IMG/VR virus record: IMGVR_UViG_3300047322_000252
Coordinates: 32,001 to 96,000 of that record
Direction: 5' to 3' (one strand)
Origin: a virus
DNA length: 64,000 nucleotides
The stretch's first letter is position 1. Every line of letters begins with the position of its first letter. The translations under genes were made by a program, and so were the position numbers. This document shows, one piece after another, positions 1 through 9,003 of this stretch. The notes beneath the pieces are model-generated. The model saw only the letters and a program-made list of their open reading frames with translations. It searched no databases and was not told the origin of the DNA.

Positions 1-150
1 GCTGTCACCGCTCACGTAGATCAGGTTGATCGAAGGCATCGCATTGGCGGGGCCGTGTACTGCGGTCACCAGACCGAGGTACGGACGGCCGTACTCATCG
101 AAGTACTCGATGGAGTCGCCAACGCTGATCTCCTGCTGTTGTGTGCTCAT
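1..150 (-). CDS. Hypothetical protein, 3' end outside window
   Basis: ATG at 150 with GGAGG RBS (cctcc 156-160); open to position 1 (MSTQQQEISVGDSIEYFDEYGRP...). Confidence 0.6.
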   Translation of the reverse strand, partial: MSTQQQEISVGDSIEYFDEYGRPYLGLVTAVHGPANAMPSINLIYVSGDS

Positions 151-189
151 GTTCACCTCCTTCCGTGGTCGCTCGCTACTGTAGGTGTT

Positions 190-1791
190 GTGACGACCCT
201 CTACGAGGAACTGCCCCCGGAGCTACAGGCTCCAGCGGAGGACGACTTCCTCGATGAGGACGAGGACCAGCCGTTCGACCCGGACCCCTTGGAGGAAGAG
301 GAGCTAGACGAGTCCACCAAGGAGTTCGTGGACAAGCTCGTCAAGCGCTGCATCCTCTTCGTGGAGGAGTTCAACCAGGTCGAGTTCTACCCGTACCAGC
401 GGGAGTTGTCATATCGCATCATCCAGAGCCTGGTCCTCCACGACGCTGAGGAGATCACCGGCCTCGTGTCCCGCCAGGCGGGGAAGACCGAGACGCTGGC
501 CAACACCTTCGCCGGGTGCATGGTGCTGTTCCCCAAGCTGGCCCTCTCCTTCGAGTTGCTGGCTCGCTTCAAGAAGGGCTTATGGGTCGGGTGCTTCGCT
601 CCCACCGAGGACCAGTCCGAGACGCTGCACGGCCGCATCGTGGAGCGCTTGACCAGCGACGCCGCCACCGAGTTCATGATGGACCCGGAGATCGATGACG
701 AGGTCAAGGGCAAGGGCAAGCTCATCCGGTTGAAGAACGGCTCGATCGCCCGGCGCCAGACCTGTAACCCGAAGGCGAAGATCGAGGGCAAGACCTACCA
801 CGTGATCGTCATAGACGAAGCCCAGGACGCCAGCGAGGACGTGGTGCGCAAGTCGGTCCATCCCATGATGGCCGCTACCGCTGGCTCCATGGTGAAGATC
901 GGCACGCCCTCCTACATCAAGGGCGACTTCTACCGGGCCATCCAGTTGAACAAGCGGCGCATGGCGGGACGGGGTCGTCGGCAGAACCACTTTGAGTACA
1001 ACTACAAGATCGTCAGCAAGTACAACCCGGACTACGCCCGCTACATCGTCCAGGAGAAGCTGCGGCTGGGTGAGGACTCCGACGAGTTCCAGATGAGTTA
1101 TAACATCAAGTGGTTGTTAGAACAGGGCCAGTTCGTCACCGACGAGGTGATGGACGGCCTGATGGACCCCAGCATGCCGCTGGTGCGCTCCTGGTTCCGC
1201 AGCCCGGTGGTGGTGGGCATCGACCCGGCCCGCATCAAGGACTCCACGGTGGTGACGGTGTGCTGGGTGGATTGGGACTTCCCCGACGCCTTCGGCTTCC
1301 GTGAGCATCGCATCCTCAACTGGCTCGAACTGCACAACATGCCGTGGGAGGAGCAGTACTTCCAGATCGCTGACTTCCTGGACAACTACCGGCTGAGCTA
1401 CATCGCCGTGGACGCTCAGGCGATGGGCAGCGCCGTGGCCGAGCGCTTGCAGGTGCTGTTCGGTTCTCGGGCCGAGGTGATCCCGATGGGGTCTGACACC
1501 AAGGCCCAGGGCATCCGCTGGAAGAACCTCCAGACCCTGCTCGACAGGCGTCTGCTGGTGTATCCGGGCCACTCCAAGGCCCGCCGTACTCGTGTCTGGA
1601 AGAGGTTCCGGCGCCAGATGGCTGACGTCATCAAGGTGTTCCGAGCAGGGCAAATGCTGGTTGAGGCGCCCAACGAGGCCGAGGCCCACGACGACTACGT
1701 GGACTCGATCGCACTGGCCTGTGCGGCCTCCATGATTGAGGCCACACCAGAGGTCGAGGTGATCGAGTCACCCTTCTACAGCAGGAGGTAA
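190..1791 (+). CDS. terL: Terminase large subunit
   Basis: Walker A SRQAGKT, Walker B VIVIDEAQ, RNase H-like GIDPA...D and HDDYVDS; GTG at 190 chosen as probable start. Confidence 0.93.
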   Translation: MTTLYEELPPELQAPAEDDFLDEDEDQPFDPDPLEEEELDESTKEFVDKLVKRCILFVEEFNQVEFYPYQRELSYRIIQSLVLHDAEEITGLVSRQAGKTETLANTFAGCMVLFPKLALSFELLARFKKGLWVGCFAPTEDQSETLHGRIVERLTSDAATEFMMDPEIDDEVKGKGKLIRLKNGSIARRQTCNPKAKIEGKTYHVIVIDEAQDASEDVVRKSVHPMMAATAGSMVKIGTPSYIKGDFYRAIQLNKRRMAGRGRRQNHFEYNYKIVSKYNPDYARYIVQEKLRLGEDSDEFQMSYNIKWLLEQGQFVTDEVMDGLMDPSMPLVRSWFRSPVVVGIDPARIKDSTVVTVCWVDWDFPDAFGFREHRILNWLELHNMPWEEQYFQIADFLDNYRLSYIAVDAQAMGSAVAERLQVLFGSRAEVIPMGSDTKAQGIRWKNLQTLLDRRLLVYPGHSKARRTRVWKRFRRQMADVIKVFRAGQMLVEAPNEAEAHDDYVDSIALACAASMIEATPEVEVIESPFYSRR

Positions 1792-1854
1792 CCCATCTTG
1801 CTGCGACAACGTGCTTAACATGGCGCCGACCGCCACCCCTTGGAGGTAGCTATG

Positions 1855-2229
1855 GGCCTTGCCCCCGTTCCCCCGCTGGGACCCGAGAAGTTCCGGGGCG
1901 CCCAGTACGAGACAGATGTCGCTCAGAACGACCGGCGCCGTGGGCCGCTCCGCTTCGAGGAGGGCATCGCCACCGACACCGACGTGCCCCAGGACTTCCG
2001 GCGTGGTGCGTACGCCGACTGCGCCAACGAGCGGCCCGTCACCTGTGTCAAGGGTGCGGGCGAGACGCAGCGTGAGCGGGTCCACATGGGGTCGTCCACG
2101 TGGATCGAGGCGCCTGCCCTTCTGAGCGAGTTCGCCCATGGTGCCCAGATGTTCGGGCACGGCTTCGAGAGGGAGATGGGCGCCAACGCCATCCAGCGCC
2201 GCCCGAACCGGGCTGTCGTCACGGACTGA
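1855..2229 (+). CDS. Conserved phage hypothetical protein
   Basis: GGAGG RBS upstream; RRGPLRFEEGIATDTDVP motif recalled from genes next to terL in actinophage myoviruses; exact start (ATG ~1852-1855) uncertain. Confidence 0.7.
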   Translation, partial: GLAPVPPLGPEKFRGAQYETDVAQNDRRRGPLRFEEGIATDTDVPQDFRRGAYADCANERPVTCVKGAGETQRERVHMGSSTWIEAPALLSEFAHGAQMFGHGFEREMGANAIQRRPNRAVVTD

Positions 2230-2531
2230 TGCCGTACAGCCAGCCGTCCTCCCGCATGCGGGTCCTCGGGACTCAACTGCCGACCTCGCAGACGGTCCAT
2301 GACCGTGTGTACGGCCCGGCTCCGAGGGGACGGCCGGTTGTCATAGCACCGAAGAGCCTGGCGTTGAAGAAGGACGCCAGCCGCCCGCAGAACTTCCGTC
2401 TGCTCTGGCAGAAGATGAAGCCCGACGTCCTCCAGCGTGCTGAGGGGCTGATGGGCACCCACATGCCCCCGGCGTTGGAACCCGCTGCCCTGCGGGCCTA
2501 CAACACCAAGAAGCATCGGCTGGAGCACTGA
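2229..2531 (+). CDS. Hypothetical protein
   Basis: TGATG overlaps on both sides (MPYSQPSSRM...). Confidence 0.7.
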   Translation: MPYSQPSSRMRVLGTQLPTSQTVHDRVYGPAPRGRPVVIAPKSLALKKDASRPQNFRLLWQKMKPDVLQRAEGLMGTHMPPALEPAALRAYNTKKHRLEH

Positions 2532-4102
2532 TGGTTGCTCGCAAGAAGCCACCTCCGGACAGCCGGGTCACCCCGCCGCCCGGTCGAGCACTGCGTACCG
2601 AGGATCTGACGCCCCAGGGGCGCAACAAGCTGGACCAGCGCATGTCCCGCCTGGGCAACGCCAAGACGGGCCAGCGCACCATCATGCGGCGCTTGGCCAA
2701 GCAGGCGGTGGACCCGAACGCCTCGGAGGAGACTCGGGACCAGTCGGCTCGTCGTCTGGTGACGCACAAGGCCATGAAGGCAGCCGGGGCCTTCGTGGAC
2801 CGTGACATCACCATGGAGAACGCTGTCGAGTCGCAGACGGGCTACGTCAACCGGGGCCGGGAGCGGGGGCATCGGGACTTCGAGTCTGGCCTGCCCGGTA
2901 TGCACACCGACCGCCGTCCCACTGACCGGCCGGTGATGGGCCTGAGTGATCTGGGCGCTGACTGGTACTTCGAGCACCACGGCAAGCTCGCTGGTGTCTC
3001 CAAGGAGACGGGCATCGACAAGGAGCGGGTGATCACCGGCTCCACGGTGATGTCACCACAGAACAACCCTGTGCAGGAACTGGCAGCGGTGCATGCGCTG
3101 GCTCGTGCTCACGCCGACCCCACGGCCCGGGTCAAGGTGTCACCGCAGGCGGTGGAGGAGTCTGAGGACAAGTCGATCGCTGACTGGACAGGCCGATCGG
3201 TCCACCCCGGCGAGATGCAGTCGCACCAGTTCGCTGCGTTGAAGGCGCCCAAGGTGCGGGGCCACGTCCAGACCGAGGGTGACGTGAACCTGGCTCCCAT
3301 GGCCAAGGGTGGCACCACCGAGAACGTCACCAAGTCGATCGACGTCCTGCGGGGCAACACGGCGCCCGAGGACGCCATCGATCCCCATGGGTCGCCCAAG
3401 GTCCACAGCTACCGAGAGGCCATCCGCTCTAGCGACCCCTCCGAGCAGCACGTCCACGAGGAGTTCCTGGGGCGCATGGACAACGTGCTGCGCCAGCTTC
3501 CAGGCCAGCAGCGCATGGACACCTTCGGCTTGAAATCCTCTACCGAGGGCATCCTGGACCCGCACCACCCCATCGCCAACGACACCTGGATGCAGGCGGC
3601 GCAGTCAGGCCAGCGGCCCGAGGTGGTGGACACCGGGCGGTCAGGCAAGGCTCGTTGGCAGTCTCCGGCCAAGTTCGGCGTAGGGGAAGCGGGGTCTGCC
3701 AACGAGAAGAAGCTCACCTCTGGTGGCATCGTCAAGGGTGGTTCGCCCGCCATGATCCGTCACGCCTGGGGCCAGGAGTCGGTGGAGCGCACCGGGGCTG
3801 AACTGGGCAAACGCAACGACGAGATCGTGCCCTCGGTGGGTGTCCAGGGCGTGGTGTGGACCGAGATTCGTCGTCAGGCCGGTGGGGGCAAGGACGCTGA
3901 GTACGAAGGTCGAGTGGCGGCACATCAGGCCAGCCAGCGGTCCCCGCTGCGTCCTGGCCGGGGCCAGAAGTCTCAGACCATGTTCCATGCTGGTGAAGGC
4001 GGTACCGAGACGGTCAATCCGGCTGCGGTGTTGTCACAGTCCCGGCAACTAGCCCTGCGGAAGACGGCTGCTCGTGGTGTGCAGGGAGAGTTGTTCGGGT
4101 GA
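2531..4102 (+). CDS. Protein with HhH-GPD/DNA glycosylase-like (DUF7178-like) domain
   Basis: Motif series WY...MSPQN...SPKVHSY...NDTW...P..VQGVVW resembles the phage glycosylase-like family; basic N-terminus. Confidence 0.55.
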   Translation: MVARKKPPPDSRVTPPPGRALRTEDLTPQGRNKLDQRMSRLGNAKTGQRTIMRRLAKQAVDPNASEETRDQSARRLVTHKAMKAAGAFVDRDITMENAVESQTGYVNRGRERGHRDFESGLPGMHTDRRPTDRPVMGLSDLGADWYFEHHGKLAGVSKETGIDKERVITGSTVMSPQNNPVQELAAVHALARAHADPTARVKVSPQAVEESEDKSIADWTGRSVHPGEMQSHQFAALKAPKVRGHVQTEGDVNLAPMAKGGTTENVTKSIDVLRGNTAPEDAIDPHGSPKVHSYREAIRSSDPSEQHVHEEFLGRMDNVLRQLPGQQRMDTFGLKSSTEGILDPHHPIANDTWMQAAQSGQRPEVVDTGRSGKARWQSPAKFGVGEAGSANEKKLTSGGIVKGGSPAMIRHAWGQESVERTGAELGKRNDEIVPSVGVQGVVWTEIRRQAGGGKDAEYEGRVAAHQASQRSPLRPGRGQKSQTMFHAGEGGTETVNPAAVLSQSRQLALRKTAARGVQGELFG

Positions 4103-5754
4103 GCATCAACTTCAACCCTCCGACCTACCGAGCCGCAGTCAGTGACCTGGCTATCGCTGTGTCCCCGCTGGGCCTGGTGGAGTTGGCCGATGAGGAGTTC
4201 GAGGTCCATGGCCCTCGGATGAACCGCTACGCCAGCAACTGGGCGTGGTACCTGGGTCATCACTGGGCCTACCGGCGTGAACTGGGCGAGCCGCAACTCA
4301 CCTTCAACTTCGTCAAGGCGTTCAGTGATTACATAACAAACTGGACCTTCGGCCGAGGCATCGAGTTCCATGCCCCCGAGGCCACCGGCCTGATCATCCC
4401 CCCGCTCATGAAGCGGGTGTGGGAGATCGACAACAACAAGAGCCGCCTGCTGTGGGAGATCGGCCAGCTTGGCTCCGTCAGTGGCGACGTGTTCGTGAAG
4501 GTGGCCTACGAAGAGGCCTACGTGGACCCGGCTGGCCGTGTTCACAACGGGCGGGTGCGCATCCTGCCACTGAACCCGGCGTTCTGCTTCCCGGAGTTCC
4601 ACCCGCACGACAAGAACAAGATGATCCGGTTTCGCTTGAAATATAAGTTCTGGGGGACTGCCCAGGACGGGACCCGTCAGGTCTACACGTACGTCGAGCT
4701 TCTGACCGATCAGATGATCGAGGAGTACGTCAACGACGAACTCATCGATCGCCGTGAGAATCCGCTGGGCACCATCCCCATCACGCACGCTGCCAACCTG
4801 CCGGTGGCGTCGTCGCCGTGGGGCCTCGGTGACATCAACGACATCATCACGCTGAATCGTGAGTACAACGAGAAGGCCACCGAAATCTCGGACATCATCA
4901 ACTACCATTCGGCGCCGGTCACCGTGATCATCGGGGCCAAGGCGGCGGGGCTAGAGAAAGGCCCCAAGAAGATCTGGGCCATCGGCAACAAGGACGCCTC
5001 GGTCACCAACCTGGAGTTGGAGACGAACTTCGCCGGGCCGCTGGGCTACATGGAACTGTTGAAGCAAAGTATGCACGAGATGATGGGCATTCCCATGGGT
5101 GCGCTGGGCCAGGTACAGCCCATCTCGAACACCTCGGGCGTGGCGCTCCAGATGCAGTACCAGAGCATGATGCCCCGGTACCACCAGAAGAAGGTGCAGT
5201 ACACGCCCTTCTTCAAGCAGATCAACGAGCACATCATGCTGCACCTGGCAGTCTTCGAGCCGCAGGCGCTCCAGTACAACCCCTACCTGTCGAGCGTGCG
5301 GCCCGAGCCGGACCAGGCGTTGGCGCTTGATCCCTCCGACCCGCTGACCTACCGCACCGAGATCTTCTGGCCCGATCCCATGCCGATGGACCGGCTGTTG
5401 AAGATCAACGAGATCCAGGCCCTGATGGCGATGAGCCTGGAGTCCCGCAAGGGTGCGCTCAGGGACCTGGGCGAGCAGTTCCCCGATCAGAAGCTGCGGG
5501 AGATCTTCGAGGAGATGTTGGAGGACATCAAGGAGCAAGGCGCTCTCGATCTCATCCGCATGCAGGCCGCTCAGTTCCAGATGGCGACTACGGGTATGAC
5601 GCCGGACGGACAACCCATCCTGACACCAGAGGGCGGCGCAGTGCCGTCCGCACCCATCGATCCTGCACTCGCTCAGGAGATCATGGAGCGTGCGTTCCAA
5701 GAGATGCCGCCCCAGACGATGGACTACGACACCACCGACACTTCGAGCGAGTAG
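4099..5754 (+). CDS. Portal protein
   Basis: 551 aa between terL and scaffold; SPP1-like motifs NPLG.IP, WGLGDI, SNTSGVAL. Confidence 0.9.
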   Translation: MSINFNPPTYRAAVSDLAIAVSPLGLVELADEEFEVHGPRMNRYASNWAWYLGHHWAYRRELGEPQLTFNFVKAFSDYITNWTFGRGIEFHAPEATGLIIPPLMKRVWEIDNNKSRLLWEIGQLGSVSGDVFVKVAYEEAYVDPAGRVHNGRVRILPLNPAFCFPEFHPHDKNKMIRFRLKYKFWGTAQDGTRQVYTYVELLTDQMIEEYVNDELIDRRENPLGTIPITHAANLPVASSPWGLGDINDIITLNREYNEKATEISDIINYHSAPVTVIIGAKAAGLEKGPKKIWAIGNKDASVTNLELETNFAGPLGYMELLKQSMHEMMGIPMGALGQVQPISNTSGVALQMQYQSMMPRYHQKKVQYTPFFKQINEHIMLHLAVFEPQALQYNPYLSSVRPEPDQALALDPSDPLTYRTEIFWPDPMPMDRLLKINEIQALMAMSLESRKGALRDLGEQFPDQKLREIFEEMLEDIKEQGALDLIRMQAAQFQMATTGMTPDGQPILTPEGGAVPSAPIDPALAQEIMERAFQEMPPQTMDYDTTDTSSE

Positions 5755-5787
5755 TGTCACAACTGGGCCTGAAAGAGGTATGACAAC

Positions 5788-6609
5788 ATGAGCCAACTGG
5801 ATACCGGGAGTGGGTTCATCCAGGGACAGGGCGTCGAGCCTGCGCAGCCTCGTACGGCTGCTGACGTGCAGGCGCCGCCCCCGCAGCCTGGACAGAACGG
5901 TCCTCTCGTGATCGTGCAGGGTGGGCAGACGGGACCGGGGCCGACACCGCAGAACGGTCGCTTCTACTCGGAAGAGGACGTCGCCCGCATGCGGGAAGAG
6001 ACGGACGGCCGTCTGGCCGAGATGCAGGCGCAGCTACAGCAACTCACCACCGACCGGGAAGAGCGGGAGGCCGCTGCGCAGGCTGAGCGTGATCGTCTGG
6101 CGCAGGAGGCCCGTCAGGCGTCCGAGGCCGAGATGGATGTGCGCACCCTGCTGGAGACTCGGGACAAGGAGTGGAACCAGCGCATCGAGGCGATCGAAGA
6201 GCAGCGCCAGCGGGACCAGGCCATCTTCGAGCGGGAGCGGGAGTGGAACGAACTCCAGAACTACCGCCGTGCCCGCATCGAGCAGGAGGAGCAGTTCCTG
6301 CTGCCCGACCTGCGTGATCTCATCCAAGGCAACACCGTGGGCGAGATCGACCAGGCCATCGAGGACATGAAGCAGCGCACCCAGACCATCGCTGCCAACT
6401 TCCGAGAGGCCATGACGGATGCTCGTCCTCTCGCTCGTGGAGCGGCCCTCACCGGCCAACCGTCCATGGGTGGTCCGATGGAGCAGCAGCCTGGTGTTGA
6501 GCAGATCAGCATCCAGGACATCAAGGGCATGGACAACAAGACGTACGGCCAGTACCGGGACCGCCTGATGCGCTATGCGACTCAGAGCGGCCAAGCACCA
6601 CCGCAGTAG
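5788..6609 (+). CDS. Capsid scaffolding protein
   Basis: E/R/Q-rich coiled coil immediately upstream of the capsid gene. Confidence 0.8.
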   Translation: MSQLDTGSGFIQGQGVEPAQPRTAADVQAPPPQPGQNGPLVIVQGGQTGPGPTPQNGRFYSEEDVARMREETDGRLAEMQAQLQQLTTDREEREAAAQAERDRLAQEARQASEAEMDVRTLLETRDKEWNQRIEAIEEQRQRDQAIFEREREWNELQNYRRARIEQEEQFLLPDLRDLIQGNTVGEIDQAIEDMKQRTQTIAANFREAMTDARPLARGAALTGQPSMGGPMEQQPGVEQISIQDIKGMDNKTYGQYRDRLMRYATQSGQAPPQ

Positions 6610-6630
6610 TCACAACAAGAGAGGATTCTC

Positions 6631-7983
6631 ATGGCAGATACCGCCCTCGGCTCCCCGTTCCCATCGGGTTCCGCCGTCACTGGGACCGAGCAGGTCGCCG
6701 GTGGCGGTCCCGCCAGCGTCTACACCAGCGCTGTCGGCTACTACGGCCCGACCGGCCCCAACAACAACCCCAACACCGGCTATGGCGTCGCTCCCACCAC
6801 TGGCACCACCATGATGGGTCCGGCCATCCAGGTGATCTGGAGCAAGGAGATCTTGTTTCAGGCCATGCCGGTCCTGCGCTTCGAGCAGTTCGCCATCAAG
6901 AAGACCGAACTCGGGGTGATGCCCGGACTGACCGTGAACTTCATGCGTTATAACAACTTGCCGATCCCGTCGGGACCGCTGGTTGAGGGCGTCCGCATGC
7001 GGACCTACGCCCTGTCGGCGCAGCAGTACCAGATCAAGGTCGCTGAGCAAGGCTTCGGCGTCGCCGTGACGGAACTGCTCCTGAACGCATCGTTCGATGA
7101 CGTCATGGCCTCGGCCTCTCGTCTCCTCGGTCGCAACATGGCGCTGTACATCGACACGCAGGCCCGCACCTCGCTCCAGCGCTCCACGTCGGAGGTCTAC
7201 GGCTACGCCAAGCCCACGGCCATCAACACCGGCTACGGCGTCTACGAGCCGGGCACGGTGGCCCCGAGCTACGCCGCTGTGACGGCGGGCGGCGGCGGCT
7301 ACTTCCTCACGATGCACACGATCAAGGACGCCGTCGAGGTCCTGGCGTCCAAGAACATCCCCCGCATGGGCGAGACGTACGTGTGCTTCGTGCATCCCCA
7401 CCAGAGCCGCCGTCTGCGTGACACCCCGGAGTTCATCGAGGTGACCAAGTACGCATCGCCCGGGAACTTCATGCTGGGCGAGATCGGGCGTCTGAACGAC
7501 GTCGTCTTCATCGAGACGACCCAGATCGGTGCCCCGTTCAACAAGACGGTGTGGCCTGCCACGCTGGCCGACGACCCCTCGGTCGCCCAGGCCTACTGGC
7601 GGCAGGACACCCTGGGTGTGGCTTCTCCGGCCACGCCGGACGTGTCGATCGACCAGCCGCAGCCCGCAGGCTCCGGTGTCGGCCCGCCCAACCTCGGTGG
7701 TGCTGGTGTGGACACCAACCTGGAGTACGCCTACGTCGGCCCCGGCGCTGTCGCCACCCCCGGGTGGGGTCAGTACTGGCCTGGCGGTGGCCCTGCGGGT
7801 CTTCCGACCTACGAGGGCCTCATGGTCGGGGACAACGCCTTCGGGCACGCCATCAGCCTCCCCGTCGAGCTTCGTGACGGCGGCGTTCTCGACTTCGGTC
7901 GTGAGCACGCCCTGGCGTGGTACGGCATCTGGGGCTTCGGCACCATCACCGACTCGGCGGTCGTTCGCCTCGTCACCAACTGA
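6631..7983 (+). CDS. Major capsid protein (N4-gp56-like)
   Basis: WSKEILFQAMP.LRFEQF, GEIGRL, DFGRE...WY motifs; strong codon bias; followed by terminator. Confidence 0.9.
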   Translation: MADTALGSPFPSGSAVTGTEQVAGGGPASVYTSAVGYYGPTGPNNNPNTGYGVAPTTGTTMMGPAIQVIWSKEILFQAMPVLRFEQFAIKKTELGVMPGLTVNFMRYNNLPIPSGPLVEGVRMRTYALSAQQYQIKVAEQGFGVAVTELLLNASFDDVMASASRLLGRNMALYIDTQARTSLQRSTSEVYGYAKPTAINTGYGVYEPGTVAPSYAAVTAGGGGYFLTMHTIKDAVEVLASKNIPRMGETYVCFVHPHQSRRLRDTPEFIEVTKYASPGNFMLGEIGRLNDVVFIETTQIGAPFNKTVWPATLADDPSVAQAYWRQDTLGVASPATPDVSIDQPQPAGSGVGPPNLGGAGVDTNLEYAYVGPGAVATPGWGQYWPGGGPAGLPTYEGLMVGDNAFGHAISLPVELRDGGVLDFGREHALAWYGIWGFGTITDSAVVRLVTN

Positions 7984-7999
7984 GCACACTCGTATGCAC

Positions 8000-8030
8000 A
8001 GAGGGGGGCGGCTTCGGCCGTCCCCCTCTT
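8000..8030 (+). terminator. Stem-loop terminator after capsid gene
   Basis: AGAGGGGGGCGGC-TTCG-GCCGTCCCCCTCT. Confidence 0.75.
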
Positions 8031-8049
8031 GCCTTGAACAGGAGCAACC

Positions 8050-8397
8050 ATGGCATCAGCCCGCCAGCCCGCAGGAACGCCAGAGACAGTCGATCCCTCC
8101 GTCGAGGGGGGTGAGGTCACGCCCGGCATGACCACCATGGCCGAGATGTTCGGCACGCCCCAGGTCGTGGACGAGGTGCAGGAGCTACCCATCCAGCAGC
8201 CGCTGGGTGAGGCCGTCTGGGTCGTGCGGCCCAACGCCGACATCGAGGAGATGACGGTGGGCCTCCCCGACAACCACTTCAACATGAAGGCGGGCACGAG
8301 GTACAGGGTTCCCGAGCGAGTGGCTCAGATCCTGTATGAAAGGGATCAGTTGATGGAGATGCCCATCCGGTACGACGAAGCCCTACAGCGGAGGTAA
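8050..8397 (+). CDS. Hypothetical head-associated protein
   Basis: AGGAG RBS; position after capsid gene; G.RYRVP motif. Confidence 0.7.
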   Translation: MASARQPAGTPETVDPSVEGGEVTPGMTTMAEMFGTPQVVDEVQELPIQQPLGEAVWVVRPNADIEEMTVGLPDNHFNMKAGTRYRVPERVAQILYERDQLMEMPIRYDEALQRR

Positions 8398-8400
8398 CCC

Positions 8401-8973
8401 ATGAGCCTGGTCACTGTCCACGGCCCCAACACGATGTACACCACCGAAGGCGGGGGAGCGTCAATCCCGTCGTCCGGGGGCGGCATTGCCCAGGCCACCA
8501 AGAGTCCCACCAACGGCCTCCAGTTCTCCTTCTCGGTGCCCAACCCCGGCGCCCGCCCGGCTGCCGACTTCGACTGGACCTTCACCGGCCCTGGCAGCCC
8601 CGCAGCGCAGCCCGACAAGTTCAGCGGCACGGTGCTCTTCACCGGGGCCGGTGCGGTCAGCATCATCTGCACGGTGGCGGCGGGTGCTGGCCCGCCTGCT
8701 GGTGGCACCTACACCGTCAACGCCACGGCGACGGCGGGCACGCCTCGCATGGTCGAGCGGAGCGCTGAGCCGGACATGAGCAAGCCAGCGTTGAAGCCCG
8801 AGGAGTCAACGCCCGAGGTGGAGGTGGGCTACGACCCCGCCGCTCACACCGTGGACGAGGTGATCGAGTACGCCGAGGAGCATCCGGACCAGGTCCCCGA
8901 CATCTACGCCGCCGAGCAAGCGGGCAAGCAGCGCTCCACGCTGTTGTCACATCTGGAGCACATGCAGGCGTAG
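8401..8973 (+). CDS. Putative decoration protein (Ig/PKD-like N-terminus, small helical C-terminus)
   Basis: FDWTF..G.P beta-sandwich pattern; C-terminal TVDEV...EQAGKQRSTLL. Confidence 0.55.
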   Translation: MSLVTVHGPNTMYTTEGGGASIPSSGGGIAQATKSPTNGLQFSFSVPNPGARPAADFDWTFTGPGSPAAQPDKFSGTVLFTGAGAVSIICTVAAGAGPPAGGTYTVNATATAGTPRMVERSAEPDMSKPALKPEESTPEVEVGYDPAAHTVDEVIEYAEEHPDQVPDIYAAEQAGKQRSTLLSHLEHMQA

Positions 8974-9003
8974 GGACCCATTGACATTGACGTAGGAGCA
9001 CAC

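Noticed and set aside
55-189. Extended terminase N-terminus from the ORF track
   Set aside because: Overlaps a better-supported minus-strand gene with an RBS; GTG at 190 follows a -10-like box
6610-7989. Long antisense ORFs (e.g. 459 aa opposite the capsid; others opposite DnaB and sheath)
   Set aside because: Expected shadow ORFs of high-GC codon bias; no recognisable motifs
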